Shown here: piece after piece, positions 7,614 to 16,504 of the stretch
Layout of the letters: each line of letters opens with the position of its first letter
Numbering within the stretch: the first letter of the stretch is position 1
Source: a bacterium
Lineage (GTDB): Bacteria > Patescibacteriota > Microgenomatia > Woykebacterales > RBG-16-39-9b
Assembly (NCBI GenBank): GCA_030704665.1
Contig: JAUYID010000009.1
Location: 857,702 to 921,701, forward strand
Direction: 5' to 3'
Length of the DNA: 64,000 nucleotides
Translations under genes and position numbers: made by a program
The notes under the pieces: model-generated
The model's database searches: none
Told to the model about the DNA's origin: nothing
Seen by the model: only the letters and a program-made list of their open reading frames with translations

Positions 7614-9868
7614 ACTTCAACCAGACTTTTCTCGGCCCTATTGAGCAAGACTGCATTGGTCGCCACTATTATTGACGAAGCACTCATCAGCAACGCCGAG
7701 ACTTCTGGCCGCAGTGAGATTCCAAAATTCGGATAAAGGATGCCAGCCGCAACCGGTATCGCCAACAAGTTGTAAATTGACGCCCAGAAAAGATTTTGCT
7801 TCATCTTGGTTACGGTTGCTTTAGAAAGACGAATTGCCCGAAGCACATCGACTGGATCGGATTTCATTAAGACGACCTTGGCAGTTTCAATCGCGACATC
7901 AGTCCCTGCACCAATAGCAATTCCGATATCCGCTTGGGCGAGGGCCGGAGCATCGTTCACCCCATCCCCCACCATTGCCACAAACTTTCCTTCTTCCTGT
8001 AGTTTCTTGACATAATTAGCCTTTTCTCCCGGAAGTACTTCAGCGAAGACCCGTTTTATTCCAATCTTTTTAGCTACGGCTTCAGCGGTTTTCTGATTAT
8101 CCCCAGTAATCATTGCCACTTCTATACCAAGTTCAGTTAGTCTTTCAACTGCTCTCTTAGCGGTAGGTTTAATTGGGTCGGCTGCTGCCAATACTGCCTT
8201 TACCAGACGGTTTACGGCCAAAATCATAATCGTATTACCACCTTCCAAAAATTCATCAATCTTCTTTTCCAAGTTGTTTATTTCAACCTGATTTTCTTTC
8301 ATTAATTTAACTGTCCCCACCAAGACTTCTTGACCGTCAACTCTCGCCTTCACGCCTAGACCGGAAAGATTTTCAAATCCCTCAACCTTAGTTGGCAGAG
8401 AAAGTTTGCGATTTTTAATTTCTTCAAGCACTGCCTCACTCAGTGGGTGGGAAGATTTTTCTTCTGCGGCTCCGATTAACCTTAACGCCTCATTTTCATC
8501 AAAGGCTGACACAGTCGCAACTGCGTTTACCCTTGGCTTTCCTTCCGTCAAAGTACCCGTTTTATCAAGAACCACTGCTTCGATCTTTGAAACTTGTTCG
8601 AGAGTTGGGGCGTCTTTAATCAAAATGTTGTGCTTGGCGCCAAGTCCAGTCCCAACTGCTACTGCGGTTGGGGTCGCTAACCCCAAAGCATCAGGACAGG
8701 CAATTACAGTTGTTGATATAGCAAAGGTTAGGGCAAAAAGAAGTGGTTGGCCGATGATGAAGAACCAAACCGCAAAGGTGAGCAGTCCTCCACCAACGGC
8801 AACAATAACTAAGTATTTTGCAAAACGATCGGCTAGTTTTTGCCCCGGAGCCTTGGAGTTCTGGGCAAGCTCGACCATTTTGACAATCTGTGCAAGCGCA
8901 GTATCTTGGCCAATTTTGGTTGCTTTAAATCTAACTGAGCCATTGGTATTTATTGAACCGCCCACTACTTGATCACCTTTTTTCTTGGCAACGGGAATAG
9001 ATTCACCGGTAACCAATGACTCATCAATGGCGGTTTCACCTTCCGTAATCTCTCCATCAACCGGTACCTTGTCACCGGGTTTGAGAACCAGAATGTCTCC
9101 AAGTTTAACTTCAGAAGTTGGAATTAATTGTTCTTTTCCATCACGAACTACCCTTGCTTGTGGAGGAACGAGGGCAAAAAGAGCTTGAAGTGCATCTGTT
9201 GTACCGCGCCTGGATTTCATTTCCATCCAGTGACCAAAGAGTACAAAAGTAATCAAAAGGGCTGCAGCTTCGTAGTAGGAGTCGGCACTGCCTAAAAAGC
9301 TAAGTAAAACACTAAAAGCATAGGCGGCCGTGATACCAACTGCTATTAGTACGGCCATGTTGAGAGTTTTTGCTTGCAGGGCTTTGTAAGTGGAGTAGAG
9401 GAAAATCCAGCCGGAATAGAAAAAGACTGGGGTCGTTAAAATAAACAGTATCCAGGTTGCTGGAATAGGCTCAGGCAAGCTCAATTTGAAAAACTCAGTA
9501 CCTAATGGTGAGTAAGCGATGATTGGACCTGACAAAACCAAAGCGAAGAAAAATTTGTTGCGAATGTCCAGTTCCATGAGTCTGGCCATCTCTCTACCCG
9601 CCAAGCCAGTGTGTTCCATCCCCATACTCATCGTCATACTCATCTTGAACTTTTCCCACCAACCCATTTCCAAGGTAGGTTTCATTTCGTGATCAGCATG
9701 ATCATGACGGTGAATTTCCCCTTCGTTTTTCTCATTCTGACTTCTGACCTCTGACTTCTTAGTTTCCTCCAGCCTCATCCCACATTTTGGACAACTTCCT
9801 GGTTGGTCGGAGACAACTTCAGGATGCATCGGACAGACGTAGGTAATCTTGCGAATTGATTCGCTCAT
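7610..9868 (-). CDS. copA: Copper-translocating P1B-type ATPase
   Basis: YVCPMHP..CPKCGM metal-binding domain, TGES, CPDALGLATP, DKTGT, HP, GDGVNDAP, YN and MSASS Cu-type TM motifs. Confidence 0.9.
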   Translation of the reverse strand: MSESIRKITYVCPMHPEVVSDQPGSCPKCGMRLEETKKSEVRSQNEKNEGEIHRHDHADHEMKPTLEMGWWEKFKMSMTMSMGMEHTGLAGREMARLMELDIRNKFFFALVLSGPIIAYSPLGTEFFKLSLPEPIPATWILFILTTPVFFYSGWIFLYSTYKALQAKTLNMAVLIAVGITAAYAFSVLLSFLGSADSYYEAAALLITFVLFGHWMEMKSRRGTTDALQALFALVPPQARVVRDGKEQLIPTSEVKLGDILVLKPGDKVPVDGEITEGETAIDESLVTGESIPVAKKKGDQVVGGSINTNGSVRFKATKIGQDTALAQIVKMVELAQNSKAPGQKLADRFAKYLVIVAVGGGLLTFAVWFFIIGQPLLFALTFAISTTVIACPDALGLATPTAVAVGTGLGAKHNILIKDAPTLEQVSKIEAVVLDKTGTLTEGKPRVNAVATVSAFDENEALRLIGAAEEKSSHPLSEAVLEEIKNRKLSLPTKVEGFENLSGLGVKARVDGQEVLVGTVKLMKENQVEINNLEKKIDEFLEGGNTIMILAVNRLVKAVLAAADPIKPTAKRAVERLTELGIEVAMITGDNQKTAEAVAKKIGIKRVFAEVLPGEKANYVKKLQEEGKFVAMVGDGVNDAPALAQADIGIAIGAGTDVAIETAKVVLMKSDPVDVLRAIRLSKATVTKMKQNLFWASIYNLLAIPVAAGILYPNFGISLRPEVSALLMSASSIIVATNAVLLNRAEKSLVEV

Positions 9869-9896
9869 AAAATAAAAATAACTGTGTTAATTTTTC

Positions 9897-10601
9897 CTAA
9901 AGCGCTTTCTTCAGAGCCTCTTCAACAGAGCTGAGAATCTCCTCGTTACTCACCCGCATTGTCGAGTAGTCAGCTATCCAAGCAATCTTACCTTCCTTGT
10001 TGACCAAAACAAAGGTGTGTCCCGGACGATCTGAGTGCATTTGTGATGGCATTGAAAGCACTCCGTAGGTTTGCGACATTTCTCGGTCCGCATCTATCAG
10101 GATAGGTATTTCCTTGATTCCTTCTGCTCGCAATATTGGTTTCCACTCAGCAGCAGAATCAACACCAACGGTAACAATTTCCGTCTGTATTTGTTCAAAA
10201 GAAGCTAAATCTCTCTCCAAAGTACCAATTTGTTTCCAACAGGGTTGGCACATTAACCCCTCTTGAAAATAAAGCAAGATATTTTTTCCTGAATAATCGG
10301 CCAAAGACACTTGCCTACCATCGGCCGCTGGCAGTCTAAAGCTCGGTGCCGAAGCACCAAGCTTCAAATTACTAGTTTGCGCTAGTCCAGACGTAGCTGA
10401 ACCACCTTGCTCAGTAGGTTTGGCTGTTAACCAAAGGTAACCTAGGCCCAGAATCAACAGCAGCAAACTAAAACCGAAGGCCAATTTTGTAGTCAACGAT
10501 TTTATTTTCTCAGATTTTCTGTTTTGCTCTTGAAAATCTTTGAGAAACTGGCGTTTTTCTTTTTTTGACAGCGCTGACAGGTCAGTTTGTTTCTGATTCA
10601 T
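9897..10601 (-). CDS. Membrane-anchored redoxin (AhpC/TSA/TlpA-like)
   Basis: TM anchor, APSFRL..VSLADY, CQPC, TFVLVNKEGKI. Confidence 0.8.
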   Translation of the reverse strand: MNQKQTDLSALSKKEKRQFLKDFQEQNRKSEKIKSLTTKLAFGFSLLLLILGLGYLWLTAKPTEQGGSATSGLAQTSNLKLGASAPSFRLPAADGRQVSLADYSGKNILLYFQEGLMCQPCWKQIGTLERDLASFEQIQTEIVTVGVDSAAEWKPILRAEGIKEIPILIDADREMSQTYGVLSMPSQMHSDRPGHTFVLVNKEGKIAWIADYSTMRVSNEEILSSVEEALKKAL

Positions 10602-11475
10602 CAGTTTTCACCTCCTTCTTTGGTGTTTTTGAGAAGAAGCCTTTGTAGATAAACAAGCCCGCAATTACAAACAAAATCACTAAAAAGATAAAGTCTGGTA
10701 AGCCTTTGGTGGCAAGCGCAATGCTCTCAATTTGGGAGCTAGCATAACCTGAAAGGGCTTTTTGCCAACTCGGAGCCAAAGACTCATTACCTACCCAAGC
10801 TAGGTAAAGCACGAAAATACCCATCAACAAAAACATTGTTCCAGAAGCAAGGTTTGTGGTGTGAGAGTGAAATTGTTTTCCGAAGACTTTAAAAGAGAAT
10901 AATTTGCCTTTGACGAGTGGGCTTTTGGACCATTCAAATTGATCCCAGAAATAAGCCATCACAAAAAGAGGAAAGACCATTCCAAAAACATAGATCAGAC
11001 TGAGAATAAGGGCTTGAACTAAGCTAGCTGAAATCGCAGTTAGCGTCAGCACTCCGGCCAAAACCGGAGCGCAGCAAGAGCTAGCTGCCCCAGAAAAAAC
11101 CCCCAGAATAAAAACAGAGGTGTAGTTTTGTGGGTTCCATTTCACTGCTGTCTTAGCAAAAGGTAGTTCAAAACTTTTGCCTAACAGGGAAAATAACCCT
11201 AGAAATACCAAAAAGATTCCGGCAAGCAGAAAAATTTCTTGATGAAACCTACTAAAAACCTGAGCTAGAGCTGCTACACCAATTCCGATCGGTACCAGAA
11301 CTACCGCGACTCCAGCGCCAAAAACAGTTGTTACCTTGAGAATATCAACTCGGCTTTTGAAAGCGTGGGCAAAGTACGATGGCAACATAAACGTGATGCA
11401 ACAGGGAGCGATCAAAGCTAACATCCCGCCAAAAAAAGCGGCTACTGCGGAGGTGTTAAAAAGAAGTGCTTGCAT
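10582..11475 (-). CDS. ccdA: CcdA/DsbD-family transmembrane electron transporter
   Basis: APCCITFMLP and SSCCAPVL Cys-Pro motifs in TM segments. Confidence 0.8.
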   Translation of the reverse strand: MQALLFNTSAVAAFFGGMLALIAPCCITFMLPSYFAHAFKSRVDILKVTTVFGAGVAVVLVPIGIGVAALAQVFSRFHQEIFLLAGIFLVFLGLFSLLGKSFELPFAKTAVKWNPQNYTSVFILGVFSGAASSCCAPVLAGVLTLTAISASLVQALILSLIYVFGMVFPLFVMAYFWDQFEWSKSPLVKGKLFSFKVFGKQFHSHTTNLASGTMFLLMGIFVLYLAWVGNESLAPSWQKALSGYASSQIESIALATKGLPDFIFLVILFVIAGLFIYKGFFSKTPKKEVKTDESETN

Positions 11476-11480
11476 AAATT

Positions 11481-11672
11481 TTAACCTTCAGTGGCAAATT
11501 CGCTTGGAGCTTTTCTAAATTCTTCAAGACAGTTTGCAGAGCAAAAATAGTACGTTTTGCCCTTGAAACTTGCCTTCAAATCCTCGTTTCGCAAAACTCG
11601 CATTCCGCAAACTGGATCGCTGGCCATCTCTTTTTCGGCGGCGAAATATTTACTAAAATTAAAAAATTTCAT
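11481..11672 (-). CDS. YHS-domain metal chaperone
   Basis: DPVCGM...YYFCSANC..F. Confidence 0.9.
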   Translation of the reverse strand: MKFFNFSKYFAAEKEMASDPVCGMRVLRNEDLKASFKGKTYYFCSANCLEEFRKAPSEFATEG

Positions 11673-11684
11673 GTCTTCCTCGAA

Positions 11685-11870
11685 TTATTTTTTCTGAATC
11701 TGCTTCCAAAGCCAAACTATCCCAAGGACCAAAGCAATAATTACCAAGATCCAGGTTAGCAACATAAAAACCATCATCGACCCAAAGAAAAAGGGTGAGC
11801 TTCCATACATATGATCAAAGTAAACTGGACCGGCAGAGTCGGTTGCTCGATAAAACATAGGGCCAAACAT
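11685..11870 (-). CDS. Small Met-rich single-TM protein
   Basis: 61-aa ORF in the copper operon; SD GGAGGTGA overlapping the csoR stop. Confidence 0.65.
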   Translation of the reverse strand: MFGPMFYRATDSAGPVYFDHMYGSSPFFFGSMMVFMLLTWILVIIALVLGIVWLWKQIQKK

Positions 11871-11876
11871 TTATTT

Positions 11877-12137
11877 TCACCTCCTTTTGAAAACTTCTAA
11901 GAGCTCTTCTAAGGCTTTCTCGTCACTCTTTCCACCCAACTTTGGTACTACACAGGTATGTAAGTGTGAGTTCAGAATGACCTCATCAGATTTTTTTATT
12001 GCTGCCTGGACCGCGGACGATTGCAAGAGCACGTCCGGGCAGTACTCACCATCATCAACCATTTCAATAACTCGACTCAAATGTCCCCGAGCTCTCTTTA
12101 GTCTTTTTAAAACTTGCTCTTTAATTTCTTGGTTCAT
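11877..12137 (-). CDS. csoR: CsoR/RcnR metal-sensing repressor
   Basis: RLKRARGHL, YCPDVLLQ, HLHTC (C-H-C Cu ligands). Confidence 0.9.
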   Translation of the reverse strand: MNQEIKEQVLKRLKRARGHLSRVIEMVDDGEYCPDVLLQSSAVQAAIKKSDEVILNSHLHTCVVPKLGGKSDEKALEELLEVFKRR

Positions 12138-12167
12138 AGGTTTTTACCAAATTTAAACCATCTTCTA

Positions 12168-12213
12168 GTATCCCCCCATGGGGGTTATACCCTAACTATA
12201 CACTTCTTGTCAA
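12168..12213 (-). promoter_or_regulatory. CsoR operator overlapping a sigma70 promoter
   Basis: GTATCCCCCCATGGGGGTTATAC C/G-tract pseudo-palindrome (12168-12190); TTGACA (12213-12208), 18 nt, TATAAC. Confidence 0.8.
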
Positions 12214-12256
12214 GGATAGGAAAGTCTTTTATCTTGATCTAGCAGAAGGTTCGGGG

Positions 12257-13027
12257 TTAAACGTGTAGAAGCTTGATAGTTGCATACACAGCCACTACCC
12301 CAACAACAAAAAATATTGCTTGGTGGAATTTCCGATCGCGCAAATAAAGATGCTGAAGCTCGGGGATAATGTCAGAAGCGGCAATATAGATAAACATTCC
12401 ACTAGTAAAAGCCAGAATAAGGCCTAAATAAGGGCTTATAAGCTCTGATAGAAATAAAGCCAGCAAGGCCCCTAATATCGCCGTCATTCCCGACAAAATA
12501 TTAAAAAATATCACTTTTTTCGCCCCGAGATCGCTTCTCAGCAAAATAGTAAAATCTGATATTTCTTGAGGAATTTCATGAGTAGCTACAGCCAAAGAAG
12601 TAGTAATCCCGATAGGAACACTTACCAAAAAACTGCTGGCGATAGCAAAACCATCGATAAAATTGTGAAAGCCATCACCAAACAAAATCAAACTAACTAT
12701 GGATTTTCTTCTTGAACCCTCCAACTTTTCTTGATCTTGCTCATGAGGATGAAAGGCAACGAAAAACCTCTCTAGAAAAAAGAAGGTAACCAGCCCCAGC
12801 AAGGCAGCCAAAAATATATTTGGGTCTTGCTTTGTTTCTCTCAAAGCCTCTGGTAGAAGGTCCAAAAAGGCAGTCGCAAGCAAAACACCCGCAGCAAAGG
12901 AAAGTAAAAGCACACTATTTTCTCCTTCCCAAAGCCTGCGTTTCAGCAATATTAAACCTCCAGCCAAAGACAAAATACTGCCAATGAAGGTAAAGACCAA
13001 AACGTAGATAGTTGTTTCAAGACTCAT
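12257..13027 (-). CDS. ZIP family Zn/metal transporter
   Basis: GDGFHNFIDG, HEIPQEISD, His-containing loop; ATG at 13027 overlaps the end of the regulator gene. Confidence 0.9.
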   Translation of the reverse strand: MSLETTIYVLVFTFIGSILSLAGGLILLKRRLWEGENSVLLLSFAAGVLLATAFLDLLPEALRETKQDPNIFLAALLGLVTFFFLERFFVAFHPHEQDQEKLEGSRRKSIVSLILFGDGFHNFIDGFAIASSFLVSVPIGITTSLAVATHEIPQEISDFTILLRSDLGAKKVIFFNILSGMTAILGALLALFLSELISPYLGLILAFTSGMFIYIAASDIIPELQHLYLRDRKFHQAIFFVVGVVAVYATIKLLHV

Positions 13028-13442
13028 TTTTACACTCCCTACAAAGACCAAAGAATTCTAAATTGTGGTCTTCGATTTTGAAATTAGTTTTTTGAGCAGT
13101 TTTTTCTACAAACTCTTCGGCCGCCAGACTACTCAAATCTTCAAGCTTTCCGCAATTGCGGCAAACGACATGGTGATGATGGGGTCGATCACTAACTAGC
13201 TCGTAAGAGAAACCGTTTTTATCAAAGCTAAGCCGTTTAACCAGATTTAGTCCTTCAAGCATCTCCAGATTGCGATAAACGCTCGTCAAATTTGCTTTCG
13301 GAAGTTTGGTAGTTATTCCGAAAAAAACAGCCGCCGGGGTGAGAGGCAGCTTCGTTTTTTCAAGGACGGCAATAATTTCCTGGCGCACATCAGTAATTTT
13401 GACTTTGTTTTCTTTTAGAAATCCCAAGATATCTTTTCTCAT
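13017..13442 (-). CDS. zur: Fur-family regulator, probably Zur
   Basis: TSVYRNL, HHHHVVCRNCG, GLCREC; co-transcribed with the ZIP gene; start moved to ATG 13442. Confidence 0.75.
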   Translation of the reverse strand: MRKDILGFLKENKVKITDVRQEIIAVLEKTKLPLTPAAVFFGITTKLPKANLTSVYRNLEMLEGLNLVKRLSFDKNGFSYELVSDRPHHHHVVCRNCGKLEDLSSLAAEEFVEKTAQKTNFKIEDHNLEFFGLCRECKNES

Positions 13443-13490
13443 GTTGCAAATTACTTGCAACAATATATGCAACTCACTTGCATTTGTCAA
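13442..13490 (-). promoter_or_regulatory. Promoter with two tandem TGCAA-N5-TTGCA operators
   Basis: TGTTGCAA-ATTAC-TTGCAACA (13442-13462) and ATGCAA-CTCAC-TTGCAT (13467-13483); TTGACA, 17 nt, TATATT. Confidence 0.8.
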
Positions 13491-13505
13491 GAGCTTTTTT
13501 GGCTT

Positions 13506-13877
13506 TTAGTTGGGTAAAAGTCTTTTGATATGGGCCACGACCTGAGACGGAAGTGTGTTGGCTTTAATTAAATATTCGGTCGCTCCGAGTTTAATCGCTC
13601 GGCGCAAAAATTTGTCGTCGTCCAGGTTCGTCAGAACTACTACCGGCGTCTCGGTGGTTTTTGGATTTGCTTTGATCTTCTCCAAAACATGAAAGCCGTC
13701 AAACCCTGGAATCATAATATCGAGAACCACCAAATCAACTTCTTCTTTTCCTAGCATATCAACCGCTTTCGGACCGGTATCCGCAACCGAAATAGCAAAT
13801 CCGGCTTTTTCAAGTTGATGCTGGTAGGCCTCGCGTTCAATATTGTCGTCCTCTACAAAGAGAATTCTTTTGGCCAT
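13506..13877 (-). CDS. Stand-alone response regulator receiver
   Basis: ILFVEDD, LDIMIPGFDG, VVLTN, YLIK. Confidence 0.9.
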   Translation of the reverse strand: MAKRILFVEDDNIEREAYQHQLEKAGFAISVADTGPKAVDMLGKEEVDLVVLDIMIPGFDGFHVLEKIKANPKTTETPVVVLTNLDDDKFLRRAIKLGATEYLIKANTLPSQVVAHIKRLLPN

Positions 13878-14104
13878 GATCTAAATTTTACACGAAGACA
13901 AGGATTTAGCAAACTATTTTTCTTTTTGTGACCTAGCTTACGCTGAATCTAGCTCATGCCCAACCTTCTCTGGTTTAAAGATCTCTCTATCTTGAGTTGA
14001 TTGTGAGAGTGAATTTAGGTAAATGATTAAACAAAGTTTAGGATGGGGAGGGAGCGTGCTTTCACAGAGGCTCCCTTCCACAAGCAGCACTCTCCCCTTC
14101 ACGC

Positions 14105-14317
14105 CTACCTCGATAACGACTTCATCCACCCAACAGTACCAAGAAACGTGGCTATTCCAATAGTGAACAAAACCACGCCCGAGTTCCACATCGTTGAGCT
14201 TCTGTTCACCAACATGAGGATTTCCCCAGCCAGGGCAATCTCACACTCAATGAACATAAGTGGTACCAGGACAATAATGTCCTCGAGACTAGGTAGATTC
14301 GAGACTACCTTAGACAC
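14105..14317 (-). CDS. Small two-TM hypothetical protein
   Basis: SD AGAGGAGG before GTG, upstream TGCTAGAAT extended -10, downstream GGGAGC/GCTCCC hairpin. Confidence 0.55.
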   Translation of the reverse strand: MSKVVSNLPSLEDIIVLVPLMFIECEIALAGEILMLVNRSSTMWNSGVVLFTIGIATFLGTVGWMKSLSR

Positions 14318-14383
14318 AGTTCAACCTCCTCTACTTTCCGTTTTTTGCTATTCTAGCATATTTTCTAGCCCTTGCTACCTAAC

Positions 14384-14412
14384 TTGACTTTTTCTACACT
14401 GGTTTCTATATT
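14384..14412 (+). promoter_or_regulatory. sigma70 promoter of the VOC gene
   Basis: TTGACT, 17 nt, TATATT; SD AAGGAGGT downstream. Confidence 0.7.
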
Positions 14413-14437
14413 TAACTGACCAAAGGAGGTATTTATT

Positions 14438-14818
14438 ATGATTCGTGGTTTAGAATCCGTCATGCTTTTTAGTGGGAGCCCAAAAGAATTGGCCAACTTT
14501 TATCAAGACAAGGTGGGTCTAAAGATAAAAGAAGAATTCGAAGCCGAAGATGGAGCGGCTGGCTTTGAAATGCAAATTGGTGATGGTGGTTTGCTCTATA
14601 TCAACCCTAGCTCAGAAGTAAACGGTAAAGCAAAGGACCCGCAAAGAATGATGCTTAATATCGAAGTCGATGATGCCGAAAAAGAAGCTGACCGTCTCAA
14701 ATCATCTGGAGTAGAGCAAATCGAACCTGTCTACCATATGGAAGGTTACGGTTTGATTTCCACTTTTGCCGATCCAGATGGAAACTACTTTCAGCTTGCT
14801 CAGGTTCGCGCTTCTTGA
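14438..14818 (+). CDS. VOC/glyoxalase family protein
   Basis: ANFYQDKVGL...FADPDGNYFQL. Confidence 0.9.
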   Translation: MIRGLESVMLFSGSPKELANFYQDKVGLKIKEEFEAEDGAAGFEMQIGDGGLLYINPSSEVNGKAKDPQRMMLNIEVDDAEKEADRLKSSGVEQIEPVYHMEGYGLISTFADPDGNYFQLAQVRAS

Positions 14819-14874
14819 GTTGGGAAAATGAAACATGGTTTGAAAAGAACCTGTTGTTGTGTCAGAATTAAGAC

Positions 14875-15072
14875 ATGTTTGAAACAAACCGGGCTGATAG
14901 TCCTCTAGTTCGTTTGAAACGAATTAGCCCACTTTTTTGGGGAATTCTACTTCTTGCCCTGGCCTCTTTGTTGGTTCTAATACCTTGGCGTTTTTTCAAA
15001 CTCTTGGCAATCCTTCCTCTAGTAATTGGGGGCCTTTTGGTTTACCAAGCCATTTGGCACAACAAGTATTAG
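14875..15072 (+). CDS. Small two-TM hypothetical protein
   Basis: 65-aa hydrophobic ORF. Confidence 0.55.
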   Translation: MFETNRADSPLVRLKRISPLFWGILLLALASLLVLIPWRFFKLLAILPLVIGGLLVYQAIWHNKY

Positions 15073-15106
15073 TCCAACCCTCTATTACACCTATTCCAAC
15101 TTAACT

Positions 15107-15571
15107 TTATCGTTTTGGAGATTGTTTGCGGGCGCGAGCTTTTCCAGCAAAACCGTATTTGCGTCTTTCTTTTTCTCGTGGGTCACGCGTCAAAAGTTTT
15201 TTCTTTGCCAAAGGCTCACGAAGGGTTTCATCAAAAGTAATCAAAGCATTGGCAATCCCATGGACAGTTGCTCCAAGCTGGCTGGATATACCCCCACCGC
15301 GTACTTTTACTGAGACGCCAAGTTGACCGACTCTATCAACAACGTTGAGTGGTTCTTTTAAATTTGCTTTCAGAGCCTGACCCTTAAAATAGTCTTCGGC
15401 TGGCTTTTCATTGACGGTGATTTTTCCATTCTTTTCTAGCCAAATCCGCACCCGAGCAACGGCTCGTTTTCGTCTTCCCACCGCACCAAACCACTCAACT
15501 TTCTTGCTTGGTTTTTCTTTTTCCGGCTCTTCAGTTGTTTTTTCTAGTGCTTCTTTTTTTGCTTTTGCCAT
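15107..15571 (-). CDS. rpsI: 30S ribosomal protein S9
   Basis: GRRKRAVARV, DPREKERRKYG, QSPKR. Confidence 0.97.
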   Translation of the reverse strand: MAKAKKEALEKTTEEPEKEKPSKKVEWFGAVGRRKRAVARVRIWLEKNGKITVNEKPAEDYFKGQALKANLKEPLNVVDRVGQLGVSVKVRGGGISSQLGATVHGIANALITFDETLREPLAKKKLLTRDPREKERRKYGFAGKARARKQSPKR

Positions 15572-15574
15572 ATT

Positions 15575-16051
15575 TTAAACCTCAAGTGTTTCAAATTTTT
15601 GCGCCTCGTGTGGATGACTAGATCCAGAGTAGATAAACAGATGTCTTCGCAAAGATTTGCCCATTCTGTTTTTTGGTAGCATACCAAAAACTGCGTGATT
15701 AATTATCTCCTCAGGTTTTTGACTTCTCAATTGAGCTAGGGTCCTTTCTCTCAATCCTGAGGGGTAGCCGGAGTAACGATAGTACTTTTTGTTTTCTTCT
15801 TTTCGACCGCTGACTTCAACTTTTCCGGCATTGATGATCACGACTCTGGATTGTGGGATTTCATAGCTTTTTCGCTTTGGGTCGTTTTTGTCCAAAAGGA
15901 TACTGGCGACTTTGGCCGCTACTTTACCCAAAATGCTTCCTTGAGCATTAACCAAATACCAGTTTATTGGTTTGCTGGTTACTTGCTTCTTAACTCTCGT
16001 TTTGTTTAAAACGTTACTTTTTACTTGTTTTTCTTTCTTTTTTTGTTCCAT
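15575..16051 (-). CDS. rplM: 50S ribosomal protein L13
   Basis: WYLVNAQG..LGKVA, YSGYPSGL, GMLPKN. Confidence 0.96.
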   Translation of the reverse strand: MEQKKKEKQVKSNVLNKTRVKKQVTSKPINWYLVNAQGSILGKVAAKVASILLDKNDPKRKSYEIPQSRVVIINAGKVEVSGRKEENKKYYRYSGYPSGLRERTLAQLRSQKPEEIINHAVFGMLPKNRMGKSLRRHLFIYSGSSHPHEAQKFETLEV

Positions 16052-16499
16052 CTTTGCTTACCTGCGCTTTGGCTGGCGTTGTTTTCTTTACCTTGGTTGT
16101 TTTTGTTTCTTTCTTAGCCTCTACCACTTCCTCAGTCTTCTTCACTTTGTTTGGAGCAGAAACCTCTTCGACAAATTCTATTTTTGCCATTTTTGCCCTA
16201 TCCCCGAAACGGGGGTTAAGTTTGGTGATACGAAGATAACCTCCTGGTCGGGTTTTGAATTTGGGTCCCACCAGATCAAACATTTTGGCAACTGCGTTGG
16301 GATTCCCTAGTGAACCCGCGACTTGGCGGCGAGAGTGAATGTCTGCTTTTTTTGCTTTTGTTATCAGTTTTTCAAGGATTGGTCTGACCGCCTTAGCCTT
16401 AGCTTGTGTTGTCTCGATCTTCTCATGAAGAATCAAAGAAACAGCTAAGCTCCTAAATAAGGCTTTTCTTTGATTTGTGTTGCGGCCAAACTTTCTCAT
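16014..16499 (-). CDS. rplQ: 50S ribosomal protein L17 with Lys-rich tail
   Basis: IETTQAKAK, RPGGYLRI. Confidence 0.96.
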   Translation of the reverse strand: MRKFGRNTNQRKALFRSLAVSLILHEKIETTQAKAKAVRPILEKLITKAKKADIHSRRQVAGSLGNPNAVAKMFDLVGPKFKTRPGGYLRITKLNPRFGDRAKMAKIEFVEEVSAPNKVKKTEEVVEAKKETKTTKVKKTTPAKAQVSKDGTKKERKTSKK

Positions 16500-16504
16500 T
16501 ATCT

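Noticed and set aside
13938-14189. 83-aa minus ORF and the overlapping 114-aa plus ORF
   Set aside because: They overlap the SD-supported 14105-14317 ORF and its hairpin; no recognisable features.
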